Shown piece by piece: positions 20,163 to 28,225 of a stretch of DNA of 64,000 bases; positions within the stretch are counted from its first letter, which is position 1; the number at the start of each line of letters is the position of its first letter. The notes beneath the pieces were generated by a model. That model saw only the letters and a list, made by a program, of their open reading frames with translations, did no database searches and was not told the origin of the DNA. A program made the translations under genes and the position numbers. The DNA is taken from positions 39,245-103,244 of the forward strand of contig JAEUMZ010000149.1 of assembly GCA_016790765.1 (NCBI GenBank), read 5' to 3'. Source of the stretch: Betaproteobacteria bacterium (lineage in GTDB: Bacteria; Pseudomonadota; Gammaproteobacteria; Burkholderiales; Usitatibacteraceae).

Positions 20163-21803
20163 GTGTCCAAGCACTTTCTCTACCTCACCAACGACAAGAT
20201 CATCGCCCTGGTCTGGAAGGGCGGTGCCATCGTCGAGCGCGAGGTGTTCACGAGCCTGGATGCGGAGTCGCCCGAGTTCGACCACTGGCTGCGGCGGCAC
20301 CAGCAGACGCCGGCCTGGCTGATCACCGACCTGATCGAAGAGGACTTCCGCGTCGATACGCTGCCGCACGTGCGCGGCGGCGACCGCGCGGCGGTGATCG
20401 AGCGCAAGCTTCAGCAGCTGTACCGTGCCAGCCCCTATCGTCACGCGATCGTGCAGGGGCGTGAGGAAGAGGGCCGGCGCGACGACCGCGTGCTGTTCCA
20501 TGCGGTGACCAACCCGGAACTGATCCATCCGATCGTCAACGCGCTGGCGCGCGCCGAGATTCCGCTGCAGGGCATCTCCTCGTCCGCGGTCTTGTCGGCC
20601 GGGCTGCCGGACGCGATGGACGTGTTCTTCACCCATACGCTGCTGGTCACCATCGTTCCGGAATTTGGCCTGCGCCAGACCTATTTTCGCGACAAGCAGA
20701 TCAAGTTCAGCCGCCTGACGCCGATCACCTATGACGAGGGGCAGTCGGTGGGCGACCTGATCGCCGCAGAAGCCAGCCGCACCTGGCAGTACCTGGACAG
20801 CCTGCGGTACTTCGCCGGCCGCGAGGAATCGCTGGAAGTCTGCATCGTGGTGCACGAAAGGGATCGCGACACGATTGCCGCCGCGATCCGCGCCTATCCC
20901 CTGTTCAAGTACCGGTTCCTCGACATCGGGGACGTCGCCACGCGCATCAAGCTCAAGCCGGCGCCGGTGTCGTCGCATGCCGAGGAAGTGCTCGTGCACC
21001 TGTACGCACAGCGCGGCGTGGAGAACCACTTTGCCGCCGCGGACCTGCTGCAGTTCGCCAAGTTCCGCCGCCAACGATTCGTGCTGCACGGCGCGACGGC
21101 GGTCATCCTCGCGGCGGGGCTGGGGGTCACGGCCTACAACCTGCAGCAGGCGGCGCGCATCTCGGTCGAAACGGACCGCTTCGACGTCCAGGCGCGCGGT
21201 GCACAGTCGGAGTACCAGAACATCTCGAACCTGATCCGCGGGCAGATTTCGGCCACCGCCGCCATGCGCGACACCAGCCTGTTCTTCCGCGCCAACGCCT
21301 TGCCGTCCACCGTGGCGCCGGGGGACTTCATGCGCCGGATCGCCCGCGCCTGGACGGACTTCCCGCGCCTCCGGATCAATCAAATCGTGTGGGCGCCAAA
21401 CCAGGACGCCGCGGTCAGCCCGCGCCTGCAGGCCAACGCGCTGCCGCGCCCGCTCAATGTGCGAGGTGAACTCAAGGATGCGGCAAAGCCCGCGGCCGTC
21501 GCACCGCCACCGCCCGGCGCGCCGGCGGCCTCGGATGCCGACCCGCTGTTGCCGGGCAACCAGTTCGAGATTGCGCTTATCGAGGGCAACATCACCGGAT
21601 TCCGCGGCGATTACCGGGAGGCCAACCGCCTCATGGAACAATGGCTGGCCCGCATGAATGCCGAGCCGGGCCTGAAGGCGGAAGTGCTCGACTGGCCGGT
21701 AGAAGTGCGCTCCGGTGCCGTGCTGCGCGGCCGCGTCGAGGATGTGGACGGCAGCGAGGCGCGCTTTGCCGTGCGCCTGGTCCGCGATCGGAGCGCCAAG
21801 TGA
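20163..21803 (+). CDS. PilM-PilN fusion-like pilus assembly protein (MshI-like)
   Basis: 546 aa. A cytoplasmic ~330-aa PilM-like region, a single TM (VLHGATAVILAAGLGVTAY) and a periplasmic PilN-like part. Assigned from architecture and gene order only. Confidence 0.6.
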   Translation: MSKHFLYLTNDKIIALVWKGGAIVEREVFTSLDAESPEFDHWLRRHQQTPAWLITDLIEEDFRVDTLPHVRGGDRAAVIERKLQQLYRASPYRHAIVQGREEEGRRDDRVLFHAVTNPELIHPIVNALARAEIPLQGISSSAVLSAGLPDAMDVFFTHTLLVTIVPEFGLRQTYFRDKQIKFSRLTPITYDEGQSVGDLIAAEASRTWQYLDSLRYFAGREESLEVCIVVHERDRDTIAAAIRAYPLFKYRFLDIGDVATRIKLKPAPVSSHAEEVLVHLYAQRGVENHFAAADLLQFAKFRRQRFVLHGATAVILAAGLGVTAYNLQQAARISVETDRFDVQARGAQSEYQNISNLIRGQISATAAMRDTSLFFRANALPSTVAPGDFMRRIARAWTDFPRLRINQIVWAPNQDAAVSPRLQANALPRPLNVRGELKDAAKPAAVAPPPPGAPAASDADPLLPGNQFEIALIEGNITGFRGDYREANRLMEQWLARMNAEPGLKAEVLDWPVEVRSGAVLRGRVEDVDGSEARFAVRLVRDRSAK

Positions 21804-22528
21804 CCGACCTGCGGGAATCGGCCTCCTTTCGCGCGCGGCGCTTTGCCGGCATCATCGCGCTGGTCGCGTTGCTGGTTGCGGGCGCAATCGGTGGCGGCAG
21901 CTGGTGGCTGTGGGAACGCGAGAAGAAACTGGCTGCCTTGTCCAAGCGCGATTTCTCGAATGCGGCGGCGCGGCTCGAGACCATCAAGCGCGAACGCGAC
22001 GACCTGCTCGGGTCCGAGGATACCTACCGCATGCTGGTCGCGCGCGGCGTATTCGCGCCCGAACAACGCCTCGACCTCATCGAGAGCCTGAAGGAACTGC
22101 GCGCGCGATACCGGTTGCAGGCCCTTGAGTACGAGGTGGCCCCGCAGCGCGCGCTCCGGTTCGCGACCGGGGTGAGTTATGGCGCAGCGGACATCCGCGC
22201 CAGCCGGTTGACCCTGAAGGTCCGCGCGGCCAGCGATGCGGACCTGATCGGGTTCCTCGACGAGTTCCCGCGCATCCGCCGCGGCTTTTTTCCGCTCGAC
22301 CAGTGTGCCTTCAAGCGCGAGAACCTGCGCGCCGGAGCGACCGCCGCGCCCGGCAATCCGCCTCCTGCAGGCGCAGCACCCGCGCCGGCCCCGGGTTCCC
22401 GGCAGCCTGTGCCTGCGGAAGCCGACGGCGGCGCCATCGAGGCTGAGTGCTCCGGAGAGTGGATCACCCTGGTCGAGAAGAACCCGGCCGGCGTGCCCGC
22501 GGCGCCGACAGGGCAGGCTGCGCGATGA
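21800..22528 (+). CDS. PilO/MshJ-like bitopic assembly protein
   Basis: GTG at 21800 overlaps the upstream stop (GTGA). TM FAGIIALVALLVAGAIGGGSWWLW, then a coiled-coil and a small periplasmic domain. The longer track start at 21641 would overlap the previous gene by 160 nt. Confidence 0.55.
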   Translation: MTDLRESASFRARRFAGIIALVALLVAGAIGGGSWWLWEREKKLAALSKRDFSNAAARLETIKRERDDLLGSEDTYRMLVARGVFAPEQRLDLIESLKELRARYRLQALEYEVAPQRALRFATGVSYGAADIRASRLTLKVRAASDADLIGFLDEFPRIRRGFFPLDQCAFKRENLRAGATAAPGNPPPAGAAPAPAPGSRQPVPAEADGGAIEAECSGEWITLVEKNPAGVPAAPTGQAAR

Positions 22529-22995
22529 TGCGCCCGGCCATGTTCCGGCGCCTGGTGCTTTGCATCGGCCTTCTGCCGGGCGCCATCGCGATGGCGGCCG
22601 AACCAGCCAAAGCAGCCGCCGCGCGACCGGCGGAGCCGGTCGCGACGAGTGGATTGACGGGCACGTTGTTCCTGTCCGAGGCCGAACGGGTGCGACTGGT
22701 GCGCCAGCGCCAGACCGGGTCCAGCGACCCGGATGCGCCGGCTGCGGACAGCGCCAGTGTGATCACCGGGTTCGTCCGGCGCGAGGGCGCCGGTACCACG
22801 GTCTGGGTGGACGGCCGCTTGGTCGGGGACGTCGACGCCGTGCTCGCCCAACGGATCGATGGATCGATGGTCGGCAATCCAAGCGGCACGCGCTTGTTGT
22901 CGAGCGGGACCGTGGCGGTGCGCGAAAAGGCTGGCAGCAAGGCGGCCGAGAAGGCGCCCCCCAGGAAGCCGGCGCGCAAAAAGCGGGGTTCGTAG
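22525..22995 (+). CDS. secreted small pilus-associated protein (MshK-like position), Lys-rich C-terminus
   Basis: ATGA overlap. Signal peptide MMRPAMFRRLVLCIGLLPGAIAMAAE. No recognisable domain. C-terminus KAAEKAPPRKPARKKRGS. Confidence 0.5.
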   Translation: MMRPAMFRRLVLCIGLLPGAIAMAAEPAKAAAARPAEPVATSGLTGTLFLSEAERVRLVRQRQTGSSDPDAPAADSASVITGFVRREGAGTTVWVDGRLVGDVDAVLAQRIDGSMVGNPSGTRLLSSGTVAVREKAGSKAAEKAPPRKPARKKRGS

Positions 22996-22996
22996 C

Positions 22997-24526
22997 ATGC
23001 GGCGCGGACCCGGTCCCGCGCGCGCAAGGCAGGCGGGCGTCATTCTGCTGATCATGGCGCTGGCGATCCTGATCGGCGGCGCGCTGGTCGTGATCAACGG
23101 CATCGACGGCAATGCCTCCCGCGTCGCACGCGACGCGCGCACCGAAAACGTGCTCAACCAGGCCAAGCAGGCCTTGATTGCGTACGCCTCGGGGCGCGAT
23201 ATTTCACCAACCCAGACGGCGGTGGGAACATTGCCCTGCCCTGACCTCGACGACGATGGGGCAGCCGAGACCAGCTGCGGCAATGCCTCAGGCAGTACGT
23301 CGCAGTCGAATCGCCTCGGCCGCCTGCCCTGGCGCACGTTGGGCATCGCGGACTTGCGCGATGCCTCCGGCGAGCGGCTGTGGTATGCGGTGTCGAGCAT
23401 GTACAAGACCAGTACCGTCAACGGGTTCAATCCCACCACGGGGCTGGGGACCATCACCGTGCGCGATGCTGCCGGAACGGTGTTCCAGGACGGCACCTTG
23501 TCCAATCCGTACACGGCGGGTACCGGCGGTGCCGTCGCCGTGATTTTCGCGCCTGGCGATGCGCTGGTACGTCAAGGGGGCAGCACGCTTCAGGACCGTT
23601 CGTGCAGCGGCGGCAGCTGCGGCAGCCAGGGAGAATGCACCTCGTCTCCGGCGTCGCTGACCGCCAAGTGCAATCCGGTGAACTACCTCGACGTGGCGAT
23701 GGGCGAGGACAATTCGAACTTTGTCGACAATAACGTCACGCGCACGGCGAATGGCAACGGCTTCATCAGCGGACCCGTCTTCAGCGGCAATTCCGTCATC
23801 CTTAATGATCGTATCGCGGTGGTTGGCTACGAGGACATCATGCCCGCCCTCCAACGGCGCGTGGCGCGCGAAGTCCTGAAGTGCCTGACGAGCTACGCGG
23901 CGACCTATCGCAATCGCTACCCGTGGCCCGCGCCGACTTGCCGGCAGGCTTCATCGATCAACAGTTGGTCGGATCACGATTCGGTCCTGTTCGGGCGCGT
24001 CCCGGACACTGGGTCCGGCACATTCGACACCACGGTCTCGACCAGCGGCTCCACCATGGGGGACACGTTCACCGGCGACTGCATGTTTGAGTCGCTGACC
24101 GGTTGGTGGCCCAACTGGAAGCGCCACGTGTTCTACGCCGTGGCGGATGCGCACAAGCCGGCCGCGTCGGCCGCCGGCAACGGCGGGCCGTGCAGCGGCG
24201 ACTCGAATTGCCTGCGCATCGCGGATTCCTCCGGCAACATCCTCGCCAGCAACAAGCAGGTGGCCGTCATCGTGACGGGCCGCGCGCTGAATGGCGTGAG
24301 CCCAGCCCAGGTGCGCAGCGGCAACAACGACGGATATGCGTCAAACTACATCGAAGGCAACAACGTGACGCTGGAGCAAATGATTGTGGGCACGATCCCG
24401 GCCGCCTGCAACGCGCTGTCGCCGGCGGTGGTCACCACCGGCTGTTCCCCGTTGTCCAACTGCAACCGCGTGACCACCGGCAACCGCTCGCCCTCATTCA
24501 ACGACGTCGTGGTCTATTCACCCTGA
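22997..24526 (+). CDS. large Cys-rich minor pseudopilin-like protein (GspK-type N-terminus without Glu+5)
   Basis: ATG 1 nt after the previous stop. MRRGPGPARARQAG|VILLIMALAILIGGALVV resembles GspK/XcpX-type leaders. 14 Cys by my count. Shares a G(T/R)LPCP motif with the next gene. Confidence 0.55.
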   Translation: MRRGPGPARARQAGVILLIMALAILIGGALVVINGIDGNASRVARDARTENVLNQAKQALIAYASGRDISPTQTAVGTLPCPDLDDDGAAETSCGNASGSTSQSNRLGRLPWRTLGIADLRDASGERLWYAVSSMYKTSTVNGFNPTTGLGTITVRDAAGTVFQDGTLSNPYTAGTGGAVAVIFAPGDALVRQGGSTLQDRSCSGGSCGSQGECTSSPASLTAKCNPVNYLDVAMGEDNSNFVDNNVTRTANGNGFISGPVFSGNSVILNDRIAVVGYEDIMPALQRRVAREVLKCLTSYAATYRNRYPWPAPTCRQASSINSWSDHDSVLFGRVPDTGSGTFDTTVSTSGSTMGDTFTGDCMFESLTGWWPNWKRHVFYAVADAHKPAASAAGNGGPCSGDSNCLRIADSSGNILASNKQVAVIVTGRALNGVSPAQVRSGNNDGYASNYIEGNNVTLEQMIVGTIPAACNALSPAVVTTGCSPLSNCNRVTTGNRSPSFNDVVVYSP

Positions 24527-24533
24527 GCCCCTG

Positions 24534-25355
24534 ATGCCCCGCCGCCCCCCCAACCGCCGCGAACCATCGAGCACCGGCTTCACCATCCTCGAGATTGCCG
24601 TGGTGCTGGTCATCATCACGGTGATGTTCACGTTGGTGAGCGTGCCGCTGTCGACCCAGGTGCAGTTGCGGCGCATCGAGGACAGCCGCCGCCAGCTTGA
24701 AACGGCCAAGGCCGCAATCCTTGGTTTCGCCGTCGCCAACGGCAGGTTGCCGTGCCCGGCACAGATCAACTCCGGGGGCCAGGAGAGTTTTTGCGCCGCC
24801 GCCACCGGCACCTGCAGCGGCAGCGAAACCACCACCGTGCAAGCCCATGGCAACTGCTCCAATTTTTACGATGGGTTGCTGCCGGCCGTGACCCTGGGCC
24901 TGTCGCCGATCGATTCGGCGGGTTTTTCGCGCGACGCCTGGGACACGATGTCCAATCGTATCCGCTATGCGGTGTACGACGGAACGGTGGGTACCGCGAC
25001 GAAGGCGCTCACCGCGCAGAACGGCATGCAGACGGCCACCATTCCGAGCCTTGGCACGGCCAACTACATCTACGTGTGCAAGAGCGGCACCGGCGTCACG
25101 GCGACCCAGTGCGCCGCCGCCGGCACGGCCAACGACCTCTCGACCCGGGTGGCTTTCCTGCTGTTCTCGCTGGGCCAGAATGCGTCGAGCGCCACCAGCG
25201 GCACCGGAACGGACGAGGCGGAAAACCTCGATGGCGACCGGGTGTTCGTGTCCCACGACCCGACCGTGGGCACCAATGAATTCGACGACCAGTTGAGCTG
25301 GGTGCCGATCACGATCCTGATCAACCGCATGGTGGATGCCCAGCGCTTGCCGTAA
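24534..25355 (+). CDS. prepilin-type N-terminal cleavage/methylation domain protein (minor pilin)
   Basis: Class-III signal ...EPSSTG|FTILEIAVVLVIITVMFTLV with Glu+5. 273 aa. GRLPCPA motif and several Cys pairs. Confidence 0.8.
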   Translation: MPRRPPNRREPSSTGFTILEIAVVLVIITVMFTLVSVPLSTQVQLRRIEDSRRQLETAKAAILGFAVANGRLPCPAQINSGGQESFCAAATGTCSGSETTTVQAHGNCSNFYDGLLPAVTLGLSPIDSAGFSRDAWDTMSNRIRYAVYDGTVGTATKALTAQNGMQTATIPSLGTANYIYVCKSGTGVTATQCAAAGTANDLSTRVAFLLFSLGQNASSATSGTGTDEAENLDGDRVFVSHDPTVGTNEFDDQLSWVPITILINRMVDAQRLP

Positions 25356-25363
25356 GCGTACCG

Positions 25364-27094
25364 TCAGTCCGGCTGCCGGGCGGACAGCACGAAGCACACC
25401 GCCCCCGAGCGGTTTTCGCGCAGCCGCAACTCGAACCCGGCGCGTTCCGCCTGGCGCGCCACCTGGTACAGGCCGATGCCCAGCCCGCCGCGCCGCGAAC
25501 TGGCGATCGGTGCGCTGAACAGACTGTCCAGTGCACCGGACGGAATCGCGCTGCCGGTGTCGCGCACCGTCAAGGGCACGCTGCCCCCGGCGTCGAGCAC
25601 CACCTCGATCGCGATGTCCGGCTCGGTGGCGCGCTTTTTCTTCGCGTTCTCGACGCAGTTCTCCACCATGGCGTCGAACAGGTTGGCGGGCACCGCGACC
25701 GAGAGATCACCGCCGGCAAACAGCGTGATGCCGTCCGCCTGGTGCCGTTGCACCACTTCCTGCCACCAATCCCCGGCCGGCAGCATGGCGGTGGCGATGC
25801 CGACCTCCGGGTTCTGCAGCTTGTCCAGCGTCGTCTCCAGGCGCTTGGCCAGCGTTGGCAATTGGCGCTCGAGCAGCTGTTGGTAGGCGGATTTCTCGCG
25901 CCGCTCGTGTTCGACCCGCGCCATGCCCGCGGAGGTCAATGCGTACAGCGATTGCAGCAGGTTCTTCACGTCGTGGGTAAGGCGCGCGCCGGTCTCGTGC
26001 ACCGCCTGCATGTAGGCGTTCTCCTTCAGTGCCTGCTCGCGGCGCTTGCCCTCATAGAATTCCCCGATCACCTGGGCCAGCAGGCGCAAGTGCAGGAACA
26101 TCGCCGGTGACAGGTGGATCTGCGTATAGAACGTGATCTCGAGCTGGTGGTACTTGAACGCCGTGACGTGGTCGCTGGACTTGCCGAAGCGGCCGGTACC
26201 GTCGGGCGTCTTCCATTCGCCGCCGGTAATCCATGGGAACTTGGCGACTTCTTCGATGGTGCTTTCCAGGAAACGCGCCGAGCTGATTTCCGTTTCCGAC
26301 AACTCCGCCACGCGGCGCATCCAGAGTTCGAACGGCATGCCGACGCTGAGCAGGTAGCGCGAAAGATAGGTGCGCAGGCCGCCATACCCGGTGCGCGGCG
26401 CCCACAACACCGCCAGCACGAACAGCGCCACGGCGAAGGACAGCACGGTCAGCAGCACCGCCTGGAAGTACTGGTTGCCGGTGACGCGCATGGCCGCGAT
26501 GCTGCCCAGCACCATCACGATGACCAGCTGGAACACGATCAGGCTGTAGACGAAATCGAACACCTGGGTGGTCGATTCGTCCTCGGCGCGAAACGGCAGG
26601 AACACCAGTGTCAGCAAGGTCAGCGGCAGGAACAGTTCGGCCAGCACCGTGAGCCCCGGCGGCAGGATCTCGATGTCCAGCAATGAGCGCGGCACCGTCC
26701 ACACCAGCAGGATCGTGAACAGGTAGAACACCGCCACCAGGTAGAAGCGCGTGCGCCGCGCGGCCTGCGCCGTGAACACCTTGCCGCCCATGATGCCGAT
26801 CAGGATCGCCAGCCACATCGCGAGCATCCAGCCCGCGAGCGAGAACATCACCACCGCCGTGATGCCCACCAGCAACAGCATCGCCGCCACCTTGACCTCG
26901 CGCTCGGTGCTGTAGATCGGCTGCCAGATGAGAAACAGGCCGAAATGCACCAGCAGCCAGACGCGCTGGAAATCGGCCGATTGGCTCACCAGCGCGGCGT
27001 GCAAGGACAACAGCATGGCCAGGATCACCCACCGGCGGGCACGCACCAGCAGGGCGGGCTGGGAGCCCAAGGCGGAGGGCGAGCTCGACGTCAT
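25364..27094 (-). CDS. multi-TM sensor histidine kinase (PrsK-like)
   Basis: About 8 N-terminal TM helices with no obvious periplasmic domain. H-box RLTHDVKNLLQSL, N-box ENCVENAKKK, G1 DTGSAIP, G2 GGLGIGLY. The ATG at 27092-27094 is preferred; the track's TTG at 27181 is possible. Confidence 0.88.
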   Translation of the reverse strand: MTSSSPSALGSQPALLVRARRWVILAMLLSLHAALVSQSADFQRVWLLVHFGLFLIWQPIYSTEREVKVAAMLLLVGITAVVMFSLAGWMLAMWLAILIGIMGGKVFTAQAARRTRFYLVAVFYLFTILLVWTVPRSLLDIEILPPGLTVLAELFLPLTLLTLVFLPFRAEDESTTQVFDFVYSLIVFQLVIVMVLGSIAAMRVTGNQYFQAVLLTVLSFAVALFVLAVLWAPRTGYGGLRTYLSRYLLSVGMPFELWMRRVAELSETEISSARFLESTIEEVAKFPWITGGEWKTPDGTGRFGKSSDHVTAFKYHQLEITFYTQIHLSPAMFLHLRLLAQVIGEFYEGKRREQALKENAYMQAVHETGARLTHDVKNLLQSLYALTSAGMARVEHERREKSAYQQLLERQLPTLAKRLETTLDKLQNPEVGIATAMLPAGDWWQEVVQRHQADGITLFAGGDLSVAVPANLFDAMVENCVENAKKKRATEPDIAIEVVLDAGGSVPLTVRDTGSAIPSGALDSLFSAPIASSRRGGLGIGLYQVARQAERAGFELRLRENRSGAVCFVLSARQPD

Positions 27095-27109
27095 GCGCCT
27101 GTCGAGTAT

Positions 27110-27125
27110 CCGGACAACTGTCCGG
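27110..27125. promoter_or_regulatory. 7-2-7 palindrome CCGGACA-AC-TGTCCGG (candidate enhancer/UAS or kinase operator)
   Basis: Perfect 7-bp inverted arms read directly. About 100 bp upstream of the sigma54 -24 element and 16 bp upstream of the preferred kinase start. Confidence 0.35.
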
Positions 27126-27201
27126 CGATCCCACAATCCGGGTGTGCCCAAACTGAAGAAAATCGGGCGCAAAACATCCAATTAACCATTTTTGTGAATG
27201 A

Positions 27202-27214
27202 AATCAATAAATTG
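27202..27214 (+). promoter_or_regulatory. IHF-consensus site
   Basis: AATCAATAAATTG matches WATCAANNNNTTR at every specified position. It sits in an AT-rich tract just upstream of the sigma54 promoter. Confidence 0.4.
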
Positions 27215-27220
27215 AAAATC

Positions 27221-27236
27221 TGGCACATGGATTGCA
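27221..27236 (+). promoter_or_regulatory. sigma54 (RpoN) -24/-12 promoter
   Basis: TGGCACatggaTTGCA is an exact match to TGGCAC-N5-TTGCA. It lies 184 nt upstream of the major pilin ATG, and a sigma54 activator is encoded in the same locus. Confidence 0.75.
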
Positions 27237-27278
27237 GTGTCTGTACCAGCAGCACACGAATTGCCACAGGAGCCCACC

Positions 27279-27368
27279 ATGAAAGCCACCGCCGTTCGCA
27301 CCACCCTCAATGAGTTGGCCATCGCCTTCATTGTAGTCGGCATGGCCTTCGGAACCTACGTCAAATAA
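27279..27368 (+). CDS. unannotated 29-codon sORF (hydrophobic peptide) in the pilin leader
   Basis: AGGAG at 27268-27272, a 6-nt spacer, then the ATG at 27279. Translation MKATAVRTTLNELAIAFIVVGMAFGTYVK*, with one predicted TM helix. Below the ORF-track size cutoff. Confidence 0.35.
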   Translation: MKATAVRTTLNELAIAFIVVGMAFGTYVK

Positions 27369-27419
27369 TCGGCAAGCCAGTTTTCGCACTCTATCAATCG
27401 TCAAAACGGGGACATCATC

Positions 27420-28079
27420 ATGAAAAGCATGAAATCGCAGCAATCGGGCTTCACGCTCGTTGAAATCGCCATCGTCCTGGTCATCATCGGTCTGCTGCTC
27501 GGCGGCATCCTGAAGGGCCAGGAGCTCATCAACAGCGCCAAGGTCAAGGGCCTGGCCCAGGACTTCCGCAATATCCAGACCGCCCTTTACGGCTACCAGG
27601 ACCGTTACAAGGCCATCCCGGGCGACCACGCCACCGCGGCCACCGCAGTCAACGGAGCCACCACGGCGACCACGCCGGCCGGCACCATCGGCAATGGCCA
27701 GATCAACGGCACGTGGGACACGGCGACCAACACCGATGAATCGCGCCTGTTCTGGCAGCACATTCGCCTCGCCGGTTTCATGGCCGGCCCGACGGCCGTG
27801 ACCGACCCAGAGTACACGCCGAAGAACGCGGTGGGCCTCAACATGGGCATCAGCAGCACCATGCAGATGACCCTGCCAGCCCCGGGCATGACCGGCACCT
27901 ACAACATCTGCTCGACCGGCATCCTCGGCAAGTTCGCCAAGCAGCTCGACACCCAACTCGATGACGGCAATACGCTGACCGGTTCGTTCCGCGTCGCCGC
28001 GCTCGCCACGCCGACCACGGCGATCGCCACCAACACCGTGGACGATGCCACCTCGTACCTGGTGTGCATGTCGTTCTGA
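27420..28079 (+). CDS. major type IV pilin / pseudopilin (GspG/MshA-like)
   Basis: MKSMKSQQSG|FTLVEIAIVLVIIGLLLGGIL: short leader, Phe+1, Glu+5. 219 aa. Followed by a strong intrinsic terminator. Confidence 0.9.
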   Translation: MKSMKSQQSGFTLVEIAIVLVIIGLLLGGILKGQELINSAKVKGLAQDFRNIQTALYGYQDRYKAIPGDHATAATAVNGATTATTPAGTIGNGQINGTWDTATNTDESRLFWQHIRLAGFMAGPTAVTDPEYTPKNAVGLNMGISSTMQMTLPAPGMTGTYNICSTGILGKFAKQLDTQLDDGNTLTGSFRVAALATPTTAIATNTVDDATSYLVCMSF

Positions 28080-28102
28080 TCGAACGCCGCGTCCCCGGAA
28101 AT

Positions 28103-28129
28103 GGCCCGCCCGTGCGGGCTATTTTTTTT
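28103..28129 (+). terminator. rho-independent terminator of the pilin gene
   Basis: GCCCGC-ccgt-GCGGGC stem-loop (28104-28119) followed by T-A-T8. Confidence 0.75.
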
Positions 28130-28153
28130 GCCCGGCACCGGGGGTCGCGCATC

Positions 28154-28219
28154 AAAGTCAAGGCGGGACGCGGCGTTCCAGCCCTTTTTGCCCTGCCTGC
28201 CGCGTCCCGCCTGGACTTT
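28154..28219. repeat. REP-like extragenic palindromic element, copy B
   Basis: 21-nt arms AAAGTCAAGGCGGGACGCGGC / GCCGCGTCCCGCCTGGACTTT (1 mismatch) around a 24-nt loop. Homologous to the element at 3370-3437. A partial third motif GAACGCCGCGTCCC lies at 28082-28095. Confidence 0.6.
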
Positions 28220-28225
28220 GCCTGC

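Larger units (their letters stand above)
10518..28129 (+). other. MSHA-like type IV pilus gene cluster with an embedded sigma54 two-component system
   Basis: Contiguous, mostly translationally coupled genes (4-nt overlaps or gaps of 8 nt or less from 18950 to 25355), plus a divergent kinase and a sigma54-driven major pilin. Confidence 0.75.

Noticed and set aside
17250-20170. Long minus-strand ORFs (572 aa and 401 aa) opposite mshE and mshG
   Set aside because: They are antisense to genes with unambiguous ATPase and platform motifs. Their composition is dominated by Arg, Gly, His, Asp and Ala, so they are shadow ORFs.
27279-27368. sORF as an Flp/Tad-type pilin
   Set aside because: It lacks the G/XXXXEY processing motif and there are no Tad machinery genes. 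It is kept only as an uncharacterised hydrophobic sORF.
10518-28129. Interpretation of the cluster as a canonical Gsp type II secretion system
   Set aside because: GspC, L, M, H, I and J equivalents are absent. ExeA-like, TPR, lipoprotein-secretin and MshEN features and the PilM/N/O-like genes fit the MSHA-type pilus class better. A secretion role cannot be excluded from sequence alone.
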